DNA of 59,726 nt, counting the filler, from an uncultured bacterium (GTDB lineage: Bacteria; Latescibacterota; UBA2968), in assembly GCA_964471275.1 (NCBI GenBank). It is 4 parts of 4 records of this genome, joined end to end, with 100 filler letters (N's around TTAATTAATTAA, not from the genome) between each part and the next. Parts side by side here need not be neighbours in the genome. Positions count along the whole stretch, not along the records: positions 15,404 to 30,178 come from CAYYGZ010000108.1; 3 more parts are not named here. One strand, given 5' to 3'. This document shows, one piece after another, positions 19,425 to 29,412 of the stretch. The translations under genes and the position numbers were made by a program. Numbering within the stretch: the stretch's first letter is position 1; each line of letters begins with the position of its first letter. The notes beneath the pieces are model-generated. The model was not told the DNA's origin, searched no databases, and saw only the letters and a program-made list of their open reading frames with translations.

Positions 19425-20570
19425 ATGATGCACTGTAAGGCGATTGCGGTCTCGTTCAGTCTGTTGTTCGCTGTTCCGGTATCCGCCAATGAGGAGAAGC
19501 GACCGGAATTGCCAGGAAACATATACGACAAGCCATACATCAAGCGCGGCGGCCGCGGTGTGGCGGTGGGTGGGTATCTCGACCACGAATTCGAATACAA
19601 CGAAGGTGGCAGGAACACCTTTGACCAGCACCGGTTTATCCCGTTTATCTATGGTCAGGTGAGCGATCGCATCCGTGTCAGTGCGGAAATCGAGTTCGAG
19701 CACGGTGGTCTGGTCAAGGGAAGTGGGTCAGCGGATGGCGAGATCAAGCTCGAATACGCCGTGATGGACTTCACCTTTACCGAAGCGTTCAATTACCGGG
19801 GGGGCGTGATCCTGTCGCCGCTCGGCGTCTTTAACCTGCTTCACGACAGCCCGCTGAACGATCTGACCGAAAGACCGACGGTAAACCGGCAGATCATGCC
19901 TTCCACTCTGAGTGAGTCGGGGATGGGTTTTTTCGGGACGTTCTACCCATCGGAGCTGGCTGTAGCAACGTATGAGGTCTACGTCGTCAACGGGTTCAAC
20001 GCTGGCATCATCAAGAGTTCGGGTGTGCTGCGAATACGCGGGGGGCGTGGGAGTCAGAAGTCGGATAATAATGAGAATAAATCGATCGTCGGCCGACTCG
20101 GCATCAGCCCACGACTCGGGATGAACTTCGGTGCGTCCGTCCATACGGGTGCCTATGACGACGCGGGTGATCATCGTCTGACGGTTATCGGTCTCGATAC
20201 GAAGCTGACGCGGGGGAGTCTTGAACTGCAGGGCGAGTATGCCCGGTCCTCGGCGAGTATCGATCGCACGGCGAACCCCCTGACAGCTGACAGCCAGCAG
20301 GGCGCTTACGGCCAATTGAACCTTCATTTCGCACACGATAGGGCTCTTCTGGGGTCCGTCTGGACAGGCGTCGCGCGTTGGGACTGGGTCGACTATGACT
20401 CTGGTATGTCCGGTGATTCCGAGTTTGGTCTGACGATCGGTCTGAACTTCCGGCCCGTTGAGGATGCCGTGTTCAAACTCGACTACACATCGACCTGGAA
20501 AACTCCCACCGGCGGTGTTCGAGGTGATGCGACGGGCCGTCTGTTCCTTTCTGCCTCAACATACTTCTAG
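19425..20570 (+). CDS. Outer-membrane porin (OprO/P-like, EIEFEH-type beta-barrel)
   Basis: Signal peptide; GGY, EIEFEHGG, P.G.FN..H..P...ERP; amphipathic strands; C-terminal TYF. Confidence 0.8.
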   Translation: MMHCKAIAVSFSLLFAVPVSANEEKRPELPGNIYDKPYIKRGGRGVAVGGYLDHEFEYNEGGRNTFDQHRFIPFIYGQVSDRIRVSAEIEFEHGGLVKGSGSADGEIKLEYAVMDFTFTEAFNYRGGVILSPLGVFNLLHDSPLNDLTERPTVNRQIMPSTLSESGMGFFGTFYPSELAVATYEVYVVNGFNAGIIKSSGVLRIRGGRGSQKSDNNENKSIVGRLGISPRLGMNFGASVHTGAYDDAGDHRLTVIGLDTKLTRGSLELQGEYARSSASIDRTANPLTADSQQGAYGQLNLHFAHDRALLGSVWTGVARWDWVDYDSGMSGDSEFGLTIGLNFRPVEDAVFKLDYTSTWKTPTGGVRGDATGRLFLSASTYF

Positions 20571-20578
20571 GACGCACC

Positions 20579-21151
20579 TTGTCTCGCACGACTCTCGCTC
20601 TGCTGATTTGCACGATCTGCCCGTTGCCTGCTGTCGTGGATGCAGGACCGGACGGGCCTGAACACGTGATTGTCTATCTGTCACTCGAAGAAGCACTGGA
20701 TAAAGCCTTCCCGAAGGCCGATTCGGTTTGGTCAGATTCGTGGAAGCCGTCGGCGTTCGAGCGGACACAGATCGAGAGACGACTCGGGTGGCAGCTGGCC
20801 GACTCGATCTTCACGATCTACCGGGGGCGCAGTGCGGGGCGCGACCTGGGGTATGCGACGGTCGGTAACGAGGTTGGTCTCTACAAGCCGATCACGTTCA
20901 TGGTCAAGGTCGGGATCGACATGAAGGTTGAGTCGGTCCACGTGATGGTGTTTCGTGAGTCACGAGGCGGGGAGGTCAGACGGCGGCGTTTTCTTGCCCA
21001 GTATGACGGCAAGTCGCTTCGAAGCCCGATTCGGATCAACCGGGACATCGTTGGCGTGACGGGGGCAACGCTCTCTGTTCGCGCGATGAATGCGGGTGTA
21101 AAGAAGTCGCTGGCTGTTGTGCAGACAGCCTTTCCACAAGCGGGAGAGTAG
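20579..21151 (+). CDS. Extracytoplasmic FMN-binding (flavinylated) protein
   Basis: Signal peptide; FRESRGGEV, FLAQY and [S/T]GA[S/T] flavinylation motif VTGATLS. Confidence 0.9.
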   Translation: MSRTTLALLICTICPLPAVVDAGPDGPEHVIVYLSLEEALDKAFPKADSVWSDSWKPSAFERTQIERRLGWQLADSIFTIYRGRSAGRDLGYATVGNEVGLYKPITFMVKVGIDMKVESVHVMVFRESRGGEVRRRRFLAQYDGKSLRSPIRINRDIVGVTGATLSVRAMNAGVKKSLAVVQTAFPQAGE

Positions 21152-21152
21152 C

Positions 21153-21908
21153 GTGGCGATACCGGGACCGAGACGACACCAGACAGTAGAAGATGCGCCG
21201 GGCGCCAGGCTACGGCGCAAGCATGTCGGTGAGCTGTGTCGGAAATTGCATCGACAGGTCAGCATTGCGGTAGCTGCGGTCGTTGTGTCCCTGTCGGTGA
21301 CCGGGTTCCTGCTGAACCATCCGGGGTGGCTTGGCGCTCCCAGTGAGCGAACCCTCTCGCTTGCTGCCAATCCGCTGGATCCAGACCGCCTCCTGAGAGG
21401 GACACGGAGTTCGCTATACGCGTCCTATGATGGGGGCCGCACCTGGGATGAAGTTCCAATGCTCTTCCCCGCCGAAAAGGTTGTGGATATCGCGTATGCA
21501 TCAGGTGAGACGAACGCGGTCTATGTGGTTCTGCAAGATCTCGGATTGATTCGGTCGTATGATGGGGGAGGCGTCTGGGAACGCGTGCCAATCGGTTTCG
21601 TCCCCATAGCAGAAGGCGTAAGGCTCGACAGGATTGCTGTAACACCTGATGAATGTCTCTCTTTGTGGACGTCGCAGGGCCTCTTTCTCTCGGATGACAG
21701 AGGCCGTTCGTGGCGCCGGATAGGTGAACTTCGGAATGAGCCGTATGACTGGCATACTCTCGTTCACCAGGTCCACACCGGGTACTTCTTTGGGGCCTGG
21801 TTCGTGTATGTTCACGACGCCGCGGCCTGGGGTCTGGTTAGCCTCGTGATTTCGGGGCTTCTGATATGGCGCAAACGGAACGATAAGGCTCGTCGCGATG
21901 CGGCCTAG
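21153..21908 (+). CDS. PepSY-associated TM-helix protein with BNR/Asp-box periplasmic insert
   Basis: KLHRQ...SVTGFLLNH first TM; SYDGGRTW, SYDGGGVW, SDDRGRSW BNR repeats; HQVHTGYFFG and SGLLIW near C-terminal TM; start 21117 also possible. Confidence 0.8.
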   Translation: MAIPGPRRHQTVEDAPGARLRRKHVGELCRKLHRQVSIAVAAVVVSLSVTGFLLNHPGWLGAPSERTLSLAANPLDPDRLLRGTRSSLYASYDGGRTWDEVPMLFPAEKVVDIAYASGETNAVYVVLQDLGLIRSYDGGGVWERVPIGFVPIAEGVRLDRIAVTPDECLSLWTSQGLFLSDDRGRSWRRIGELRNEPYDWHTLVHQVHTGYFFGAWFVYVHDAAAWGLVSLVISGLLIWRKRNDKARRDAA

Positions 21909-22878
21909 CATTGCCGTTCTAACAGCATTCTTCTTCTACGCCTCTGCACACGCGGGGCCCGCAGAACGCATCGAATACCTGATGGGCACGACCGCCCGGG
22001 TCCGCATCTGGGCGCCCGATTCCCTAGTTTGCCAGCAAGCTATCGATTCCGTCTTCGCCGCCTTTCATCACGTTGATCTCGAGATGTCCACCTATCGAGA
22101 TGACAGCCTGCTGAGTGTTCTGAACCGGGATGGGCACACGACGTGGGTTGATGTAGGTCACGCCGTCACGGAGATCCTTTGCGCCTCCCAATCGTATCAC
22201 AGAGAAACATCTGGCGCTTTCGATCCAACCGTTTTGCCGCTTCTGTATCTGTGGGGGTTCCGGGGAGGAGAACGCAGACTGCCATCACCGGACGAGATCG
22301 CCAGGACGCTCCTGGGGGTCGGGATGGGACACGTGGAGGTCGATGTCAACGGTTCGCGTGCCCGTTTCACAAGCCCCGGCGTGTCGGTCGATCTGGGAGG
22401 GATCGCGAAGGGTTTTGCGCTGGATCTCGGGAAGGCGTCTGCCAGAAGAGCCGGTGCGTTCGCTGGACTTCTCGATCTGGGGGGCAATCTGCTCGCTTTT
22501 GGCGAGGAGGCCAGAGGCGACGTGGGCATACAGCATCCCGGTTCGCAGAATGACATCGTTGGTCGCGTGCAGATTCGCGATCAGTCGATGGCAACATCCG
22601 GTGGTTACGAACGATACGTGACGATTGACGGCAGGCGGTACGGCCACATCATCGACCCACGGACAGGTCACCCGGCTGATCTCATCGCCGGCGTTACGGT
22701 GGTATCAGCGGATGGCATCACGGCGGACGCACTTTCGACGGCGTGCGCCGTAGTCGGGCGATACGAATGTCTGCAAATGATCGGCAAGCGAGAGGATGTC
22801 GAGGGGCTGGTTGTCTGGTTTGAGGATGGCGAGGTCCGTGTTGACGTATCTGCGGGATTGAGCCTGCTCGAGCCCTAA
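21898..22878 (+). CDS. apbE: FAD:protein FMN transferase
   Basis: MGT, GAFDPTV, DLGGIAKG, ATSGGYER, HIIDPRTG, ADALST motifs. Confidence 0.96.
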   Translation: MRPSIAVLTAFFFYASAHAGPAERIEYLMGTTARVRIWAPDSLVCQQAIDSVFAAFHHVDLEMSTYRDDSLLSVLNRDGHTTWVDVGHAVTEILCASQSYHRETSGAFDPTVLPLLYLWGFRGGERRLPSPDEIARTLLGVGMGHVEVDVNGSRARFTSPGVSVDLGGIAKGFALDLGKASARRAGAFAGLLDLGGNLLAFGEEARGDVGIQHPGSQNDIVGRVQIRDQSMATSGGYERYVTIDGRRYGHIIDPRTGHPADLIAGVTVVSADGITADALSTACAVVGRYECLQMIGKREDVEGLVVWFEDGEVRVDVSAGLSLLEP

Positions 22879-22949
22879 CGGGCAAGTCGATACGCAGTAT
22901 CGTTGTGGGAAAGTCCGAGGCTGTCTATTATGGTGCCGGGAGGCTAACT

Positions 22950-23936
22950 ATGTCGAATGGACTTCGAGTCGGTGTCATTGGAGCTTCGGGTATCGGTCAA
23001 CATCACGCGCGCTGGCACACGCTGTGTGGCAATGATGTCGTCGGGTTCGTGGGAAAGTCCGATTCGACTGTCGCGAGAACGGCGCAGCGGTTGACTGACT
23101 ACTTCGGGTTCTCCGGACGGGGATACACATCCGTTTCAGAGATGCTCGAGACGGAGGCGCCGGACATCGTTGCCGTCACGAGCCCCTATGCGATGCACAA
23201 GTCGCACGTGCTGGAGTCCATTGCGTTCGGTGCTCACGTGCTTTGCGAGAAGCCCCTTGTCTGGGATGAAGAGCTTACACTTGATCACATTCTGGCAGAT
23301 GGCCGTGAGGTCGTCGTTGCGGCCCACGCATCTGACCGGCTGTTCGGCATGACGGCCCAGTATCCGACAAGCCTGCCGATGTATCGCGAACTCTATCGTC
23401 TTGTGCGCGGCGAATGGGGTGAAGTTGATTCTGTTCGGATGGAGATGGAGGTCAAACGACGCGGGGACCGCAAGCTCTTCGAGTCGAACTGGATCGACGT
23501 TGCCAGCCATCCGATCAGTCTTGTGATCGCGCTGATGGGGATGGGCAGCATAAAGCCAGGAACCGCATCCTGTTCGGTCGAGGAAGCCGAATGCGAGGCT
23601 TCCTTCGTCTATGCGAGCGAGCGAGGTGAAGCCAGCGTCTCGTTTGTAATCCGGGATATCGCACAGGGCGTGCCGCTTCGGCGCTTCGGTGCCAACGGTC
23701 TCATGGCCGACTGGGACGGCTTTGCAGACCCCGATGGGATCTACCGGGCTTCACTCGCACACGGGTCTCACTCCCTTTTGGGTGATGATTTTCTGCATTC
23801 GATGATCCAGTCGTTCACCGAGTCGGTTTTGGAAAGGCAGTCTGACGTTCTCCTGGGTATCGAGGAAGCTCTCCTCAACCTGGAACTCCAGGTCGACCTG
23901 CTCCGGCTTGCCCGTGACGGGGTCGACGCCGCATGA
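22950..23936 (+). CDS. Gfo/Idh/MocA family oxidoreductase
   Basis: VGVIGASGIG, HVLCEKPL; GGGAGG RBS before ATG 22950. Confidence 0.85.
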   Translation: MSNGLRVGVIGASGIGQHHARWHTLCGNDVVGFVGKSDSTVARTAQRLTDYFGFSGRGYTSVSEMLETEAPDIVAVTSPYAMHKSHVLESIAFGAHVLCEKPLVWDEELTLDHILADGREVVVAAHASDRLFGMTAQYPTSLPMYRELYRLVRGEWGEVDSVRMEMEVKRRGDRKLFESNWIDVASHPISLVIALMGMGSIKPGTASCSVEEAECEASFVYASERGEASVSFVIRDIAQGVPLRRFGANGLMADWDGFADPDGIYRASLAHGSHSLLGDDFLHSMIQSFTESVLERQSDVLLGIEEALLNLELQVDLLRLARDGVDAA

Positions 23937-25177
23937 TCGATGTTCTTGTTGTGGCATACCATTACCCGCCCATCCTATCGGGTGGAACCGCACGAGCGGC
24001 ATCTCTCGCCCGTCATCTGCCAGGCCTCGGGTATCGCCCACACGTCCTGACCACCGACACGTTCGGGGAGGGGGCCGATGGATCCGTGTATCGGGCAAGC
24101 GAGTGGGTGGGTACCTACCGTCGGCTGTTCAATCGCTCGGCAGCGGATCTTCCCGACCCCGTTCGCTCACGTGTCCGAACTCGATCTGCACTTTCATCCC
24201 TGGCAAAGTTGAGTCGACGCTGCTTAATCCCGGACGGGCAGATCGGTTGGCTCCCAGCGGCCTACCGCGCTGCGCGACACATCCTGAACACACATCCCGT
24301 TCAGATTATCCTGACGACCGGTCCTCCCTTCTCTTCCCATCTTCTCGGTCTTGCGCTCAAGCAAACAACGCATCTGCCCTGGGTGGCCGATTTTCGCGAT
24401 ACGTGGACGTATGATCCCCTAGATGAGGTGACGGCGCAATCGGCGATACGTTTGGGGATCGATCGATTTCTGGAACGCACCCTACTTCGATACACGACAC
24501 GCGTCACGTGTGTGACCGACGTGGCTGCACAAGCCATAAAGTCTGTGTGCCCGGATAGCCGTGTGACGATCATACCGAACGGTTACTCCGCTGATGAGAT
24601 TGCCGTTCACGATCAATCGGTTGAACAAGGTCGATTCAGGTTTGTACATACAGGCTCGTTCTCGTCATCGCATCCGCTGAGGCGCCCGGAATTGCTGGTG
24701 CGGGCCGCGGAGACGTTGCGGGACGAGTTAGATTTCAAGTTGGTTTTCGTCGGTCACCTGACAGATGAGGAGCTTCGATCTATCCAGCCGCTGATCGCGT
24801 CAGGGCACGCGATCGCAACCGGTGCGGTGAGTCGTGACGAGGCACTGGCGTGGCAGCGAAAGGCGGATGTGCTGGTGGTGGTGGATCATCCGCGCGAGGT
24901 ACTGGCGTCGAATGTTCCAGGCAAGGTGTATGAATACGGCGCAAGCGGGAAGCCGATCCTTGCAGTGGCCCCCAGGGGGGCGATGTCGCGGTTGGTGAGT
25001 GAGCTGAATGCGGGTCTGTGTGTGAGCCACGACATCGGGGATATAGCGGACGCGATGCGTGCCTTCGTAGGAGGTTGTTCAGGTGTGTACCCGGATCCCG
25101 CACGGTGGGAACGGTTCGAGCGGGGCGAGTCTGCGAGCAAGATGGCCGAAGTCTTTGACGGTATCCTCAATGTCTGA
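23933..25177 (+). CDS. Glycosyltransferase family 4 (GT-B)
   Basis: YHYPP..GG..R, TTGPPFSSH, WVADFRD, IPNGY, PGKVYEY. Confidence 0.92.
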   Translation: MIDVLVVAYHYPPILSGGTARAASLARHLPGLGYRPHVLTTDTFGEGADGSVYRASEWVGTYRRLFNRSAADLPDPVRSRVRTRSALSSLAKLSRRCLIPDGQIGWLPAAYRAARHILNTHPVQIILTTGPPFSSHLLGLALKQTTHLPWVADFRDTWTYDPLDEVTAQSAIRLGIDRFLERTLLRYTTRVTCVTDVAAQAIKSVCPDSRVTIIPNGYSADEIAVHDQSVEQGRFRFVHTGSFSSSHPLRRPELLVRAAETLRDELDFKLVFVGHLTDEELRSIQPLIASGHAIATGAVSRDEALAWQRKADVLVVVDHPREVLASNVPGKVYEYGASGKPILAVAPRGAMSRLVSELNAGLCVSHDIGDIADAMRAFVGGCSGVYPDPARWERFERGESASKMAEVFDGILNV

Positions 25178-25210
25178 GCAACGCCGTCGGGTGCCTGCCT
25201 GGTAGAGGAA

Positions 25211-25756
25211 CTAAACCTTCAGGTGGGAGAGGAACTTCCCGGGGCTACCGGGTTTCTTCCCCTTGTTCCACGCGTTGACGAGCTTGAAGTATGGCTGCTC
25301 TTCGGCGTCCTCCCACTCAACCAGGGCCATAATGTTCTCTTTCGAGTTCTGGCCATCCAACTCGTAGGGGCACTCGACGGAATCGTTGATGCCAAGTAGA
25401 GAGAGGTCGTCGTTGGTATCAAATTCGATGTCGAAGGGGTATCTCCGACACGTGACGGGTCGGTGCTCGTAGATGACGCACAGATCGTCTTCGCCAAGAT
25501 ACTGGCAGCCATCTTCACCACGGACCAGACCCATGATGTTCCAACCGGATTCGAGTTTGATCCATCCCGGATTGTCCAGACCCCACTCGATCTCCGATGG
25601 TGAATAGAAGCCGGCTATTTCAGAGGCCTTCTGGCCGGTCTGCTTCTGGATCCGACGGATGTCTTCATCCGTGATCAGCACGATCGGTTCACGACAGCAG
25701 TTTCCACAGCACGTGCACCTGAAATTCAGATTCTTTTGCCACTCCTGCCCCATCAA
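25211..25756 (-). CDS. YkgJ family Cys-cluster protein
   Basis: FRCTCCGNCC, CQYL, CVIYEHRPVTCRRYPF. Confidence 0.9.
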   Translation of the reverse strand: MMGQEWQKNLNFRCTCCGNCCREPIVLITDEDIRRIQKQTGQKASEIAGFYSPSEIEWGLDNPGWIKLESGWNIMGLVRGEDGCQYLGEDDLCVIYEHRPVTCRRYPFDIEFDTNDDLSLLGINDSVECPYELDGQNSKENIMALVEWEDAEEQPYFKLVNAWNKGKKPGSPGKFLSHLKV

Positions 25757-25787
25757 CCACTCCGTTCTTCAATTGTGAACGAGCCGA

Positions 25788-26450
25788 TCATTTCATTGTC
25801 CGTCGGAAGGTGTCGATCGCTGCCTGGAATCCTGTTCGAGGACTCGTCAGGACGGGAATATTGGTTTCTAGCCGGTCTGCCGCTCCAGCCATCGATGCCT
25901 GAGCCAGAACGATCACGTCCGCCTTCCCTGATGCGGTTGCCAACTCTCGTACGATCTCTTCTTCATAGCCCTCTTTGTCACCCGCTTCGAGCGCTTCCCA
26001 GGCTGACGCGCAGAGAATCTCGATCAGTTCGATCGTCTTTCCCGCGCGCTCAGCTGCTCGTCGCACGATCTCTCCTGTCGGTTGCAGCGTGCTCGAAAGC
26101 GTGGCCGCGACGATGATTCTGGATCCGGTCTCAACGGCGAGTCCGGCCATCGGATCGTCAATCCGGATAACGGGTCGTGAGGTGAAAGGTCGGGCAACTT
26201 CCAAACAGGAACCGATGGACGAACACGTGCACAGGACTGCACCCGTCCCACCGTCGAGAGCGTTGAGCACCGCGGCTGTCACTCGGCGATTGAGTTCCGG
26301 CGTGATGCCTCCATTGACTCTCGCCTCATCGAGCAGGCTTTCATCGACGACGTGCTGCAGCGTGATATCCGGTGCCAATTCCGCGCACAGCTGGTCGAAC
26401 GTTGCTACGTTGGCGGCTGAAGTGTGCAGCAATGTGAGTGTTGGCTTCAA
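25788..26450 (-). CDS. Asp/Glu/hydantoin racemase family protein
   Basis: LCTCSSIG and VIVLAQASMA subfamily motifs. Confidence 0.85.
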   Translation of the reverse strand: MKPTLTLLHTSAANVATFDQLCAELAPDITLQHVVDESLLDEARVNGGITPELNRRVTAAVLNALDGGTGAVLCTCSSIGSCLEVARPFTSRPVIRIDDPMAGLAVETGSRIIVAATLSSTLQPTGEIVRRAAERAGKTIELIEILCASAWEALEAGDKEGYEEEIVRELATASGKADVIVLAQASMAGAADRLETNIPVLTSPRTGFQAAIDTFRRTMK

Positions 26451-26624
26451 TCATTGTCTCCAAGCGGTGCACAAGGTAGCCTCCCGTCATGTGGCGGTCA
26501 AGCCGGATTGCCGGAGTTTGACCTTTATGGCACACATGGGCTGTGTTATATTCCGCGTTCGACGAAATCACGGTTAAGGTGATGCATTGAAGAGGGCCTC
26601 AAATGGAGAATGGTGGTTGATTAG

Positions 26625-27459
26625 ATGATCGCGCTGGTTGTGAATATCATCTTCACGGTGGCCTTTTTCCACGTTATCCGATCCGCTCAGGCAAGGAACC
26701 GGAACGTGATGCTGGTTGCCGTGGTGAACTACCTTGTCGCCTCCCCGCTTTGCTTTCTTCTCAGCTATTCCCAGGGCAACCTCTTCCTCTCCGCGGACAC
26801 GGTTTTCTGGGGCTCCGTACAGGGCGTTTGCTTCATCGGCACGTATTACCTGCTCTGTACGTCCATGTCCATCAGTGGGATGGCGATTGCCACGGCTATC
26901 CCTCGACTCTCGGTTGTCATCCCCGTATTGGCATCCATCATCGCCTGGGGAGAGGTACCGACAACATACCAGGTTGCCGGCATCGTAGCGTGCATCGTCT
27001 CCCTTCCCCTGATCGGCCTTCGCCAATCCCACGATCCTGAACCGATCACGAGTCGGTTTGTCTACCTGATGATCCTCCTCTTTGTCGGGATGGGGATCGC
27101 CAACACATCCTCCAAGGCATTTGTAGAGGCGCAGGTTCCCGATGTTCAGACAACCTATATCGGCGTGTTGTTCGGGGTTGCTGCCGTGGGTGGTCTCTTA
27201 TGCTTCGTGTCCCCGACCTGGCGACAGAACCTGACAGGCGTGCGGGATGGGGTGGTGCTCGGGTTGGTCAACGTGGTGAGTATCGTGAGCTACCTCGTAG
27301 CACTCGAGGAGCTTGCGGGTGTCGTCGTATTTCCGATCCAGGCCGCCGCAGGTCTTCTACTGAACACAATCTTTGCGGTTCTGGTCTGGAATGAGCGGTT
27401 CAGCAATCGCACGATCGTTGGGATGGGTGTCGCCCTGCTTGGCCTTGTTTTCGTGAACG
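26625..27459 (+). CDS. DMT/EamA family transporter; true 3' end appears in the duplicated copy after the N10 gap (stop at 27701-27703)
   Basis: About 10 hydrophobic helices in two EamA halves (SVVIPV...WGE; VFP...WNE); ORF-track extension to 27692 crosses an assembly break. Confidence 0.8.
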
Positions 27460-27695
27460 GTGTAGTAGGGGCGGGTGGCGGAGAACTGACACTCACCGAT
27501 CTCGGCTTTGAGGGCCTTGAATTCCTGCTGCATCTCGGCCCTCGTTGCCTCGTCAGCAGCACCCACGGTCTCGGCGATTACCTCGTCGAGAGCGGCGGTG
27601 ACATCGGCNNNNNNNNNNGGTCTGGAATGAGCGGTTCAGCAATCGCACGATCGTTGGGATGGGTGTCCCCCTGCTTGGCCCTGTTTTCGTGAACG
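27383..27695. repeat. 77-bp direct duplication (27383-27459 and 27619-27695) flanking a foreign ~150-nt insert and an N10 gap
   Basis: The two copies differ at 2 positions; N10 at 27609-27618. Confidence 0.9.
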
Positions 27696-27702
27696 TCGAG
27701 TG

Positions 27703-28425
27703 ATGGACGAATGGTTCAAACCCCTCGCAGGGCTGCTGGCAGGCATGATGCGTGCTGGATTCGGTGGGGGGGTCGGTGTGGTGGCTGCGCCGGTGCTCGC
27801 GCTTGTCATACCGGCAAAACAAGCGCTGGGGGTGCTCCTTCCGCTGACGCTCACGGCAGACGCCATTTCCGTCAGCTACTACTGGGGTAGGTGGGAACCG
27901 CACCTGGTTCGAGCCCTGTTGCCGGGTTGCATCGTGGGTATCGCGCTCGGGTCCGTACTGCTCGATCTGATTCCGGAGCACGTGTTTCGCAAGCTGCTTG
28001 GCGGGATGGCGTGTGTGTATGTTATCTTTCAGATGCTCGGGAGTCGGATCACGGACAGGCTGCAGACCACGAGTCGAACGGGTGGGCTGATCGTGGGCGT
28101 TGCGACGGGGCTGGTGTCGAGTATGCTCCACTCCGGGGGGGTGGTGATGATGTTGTATCTCGCGCCTCTCGGGCTGGCTGGCAGAACCTTTGTGGCGACG
28201 GCTTTTCTGATTGGGGTGGTGCTGAATCTGGTGAAGATCGGGCCCTATGTCGCTCTCGGACTGATCGACACCGACTCTCTCCTAGTCACTCTGAAGATGC
28301 TCCCGGCTCTCGCGGTGGGTGCTCTGCTGGGCATCCTGCTCAATCACAAATTGCCGAGAATTTGGTTCCACCGTGCGGTTCTGCTGATCGTGGTGATCGT
28401 AGGGATCAAGCTTCTCCTGTCGTGA
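27703..28425 (+). CDS. Sulfite exporter TauE/SafE family membrane protein
   Basis: GFGGGVG..P, P...G..LP, G..G..S...HSGG, NLVK..Y. Confidence 0.9.
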   Translation: MDEWFKPLAGLLAGMMRAGFGGGVGVVAAPVLALVIPAKQALGVLLPLTLTADAISVSYYWGRWEPHLVRALLPGCIVGIALGSVLLDLIPEHVFRKLLGGMACVYVIFQMLGSRITDRLQTTSRTGGLIVGVATGLVSSMLHSGGVVMMLYLAPLGLAGRTFVATAFLIGVVLNLVKIGPYVALGLIDTDSLLVTLKMLPALAVGALLGILLNHKLPRIWFHRAVLLIVVIVGIKLLLS

Positions 28426-28431
28426 GGCACT

Positions 28432-29394
28432 ATGTCTGAGATTGGGATTGCCGTTGTTGGCTGTGGGCAGATTGCTGAAGCACATCTGAAGGCGATCGAA
28501 GCCACCGAGGATGTGCGCGTTACCTATTGTGTCGATGTAGACGGCGATCGGGCGGAATCAGCAGCGACGCGATTCGGCGGGGAAGGCTTTTCGACTGATC
28601 TGAACGATGCGTTGGGCGCACCCTCGGTCGACGCGGCCTTGCTGTGTCTCCCTCACGATTTGCACGTCTCCTACACTTGCGATACGCTTCGCGCTGGCAA
28701 GCACGTGCTGATCGAGAAGCCCATGGCGCTCGACGAGACCGAGGCGAGGCAGATGGTGGCTGCAGCCGAGGATGCGGGGAAGCGTCTGATGGTTGGACAA
28801 TCGACACGATTTACAGCACCCCATCAGGAGGCCAAGCGACTGCTGATGGAAGGTCACATCGGTCAACCGATCAACGTGGCACGGCAGACGTGGATCTGGG
28901 TCGATCGTTTGTCGACCGACTGGCGGAGAAATGTAGCCGCCTGTGGGGGGCTGTATCTGCCGCTGTTCGGGAGCCACGATGTCGATGCGATGCTCTGGCT
29001 GCTCGATGACACACCCGATCTTGTGACGGCGGCTGTTCGCGGAGGCAGCGGACTGTCGGCCGGCGATGTCGATGGCTGGATCGGATTGACCTTCGGTGAC
29101 GGTAAGGTGGGATCGATCAGTTTCTCGCTTCGGTCGAAGGAGACCCGGAAAACGACAACGATTGTCGAGTCGGAGGGTGCGATGTCGATCGGGAGAAACA
29201 ACCTGTCAATCGACGGCGAAGATGTAGAGTTCGACACGTCCAAAGGGCAGTCTGAACGGCAGATGGAAGAATTCGTCGCCGCGATTCGCGAAGGACGAGA
29301 GCCAGGTGTTCCGGGCACTGACGGAGTGCGCACGATGCGTGTGCTGGATCTGGCCAGGAAGGCATCCGAAACGAGTTCTACGCTTGCCTATTAA
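28432..29394 (+). CDS. Gfo/Idh/MocA family oxidoreductase
   Basis: AVVGCGQIA, GKHVLIEKPMA, GSHDVD. Confidence 0.92.
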   Translation: MSEIGIAVVGCGQIAEAHLKAIEATEDVRVTYCVDVDGDRAESAATRFGGEGFSTDLNDALGAPSVDAALLCLPHDLHVSYTCDTLRAGKHVLIEKPMALDETEARQMVAAAEDAGKRLMVGQSTRFTAPHQEAKRLLMEGHIGQPINVARQTWIWVDRLSTDWRRNVAACGGLYLPLFGSHDVDAMLWLLDDTPDLVTAAVRGGSGLSAGDVDGWIGLTFGDGKVGSISFSLRSKETRKTTTIVESEGAMSIGRNNLSIDGEDVEFDTSKGQSERQMEEFVAAIREGREPGVPGTDGVRTMRVLDLARKASETSSTLAY

Positions 29395-29412
29395 TCTGAG
29401 GAACCTGTCAGC

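Noticed and set aside
26625..27692. 355-aa EamA fusion protein from the ORF track
   Set aside because: The extension crosses a duplicated junction and an N gap.
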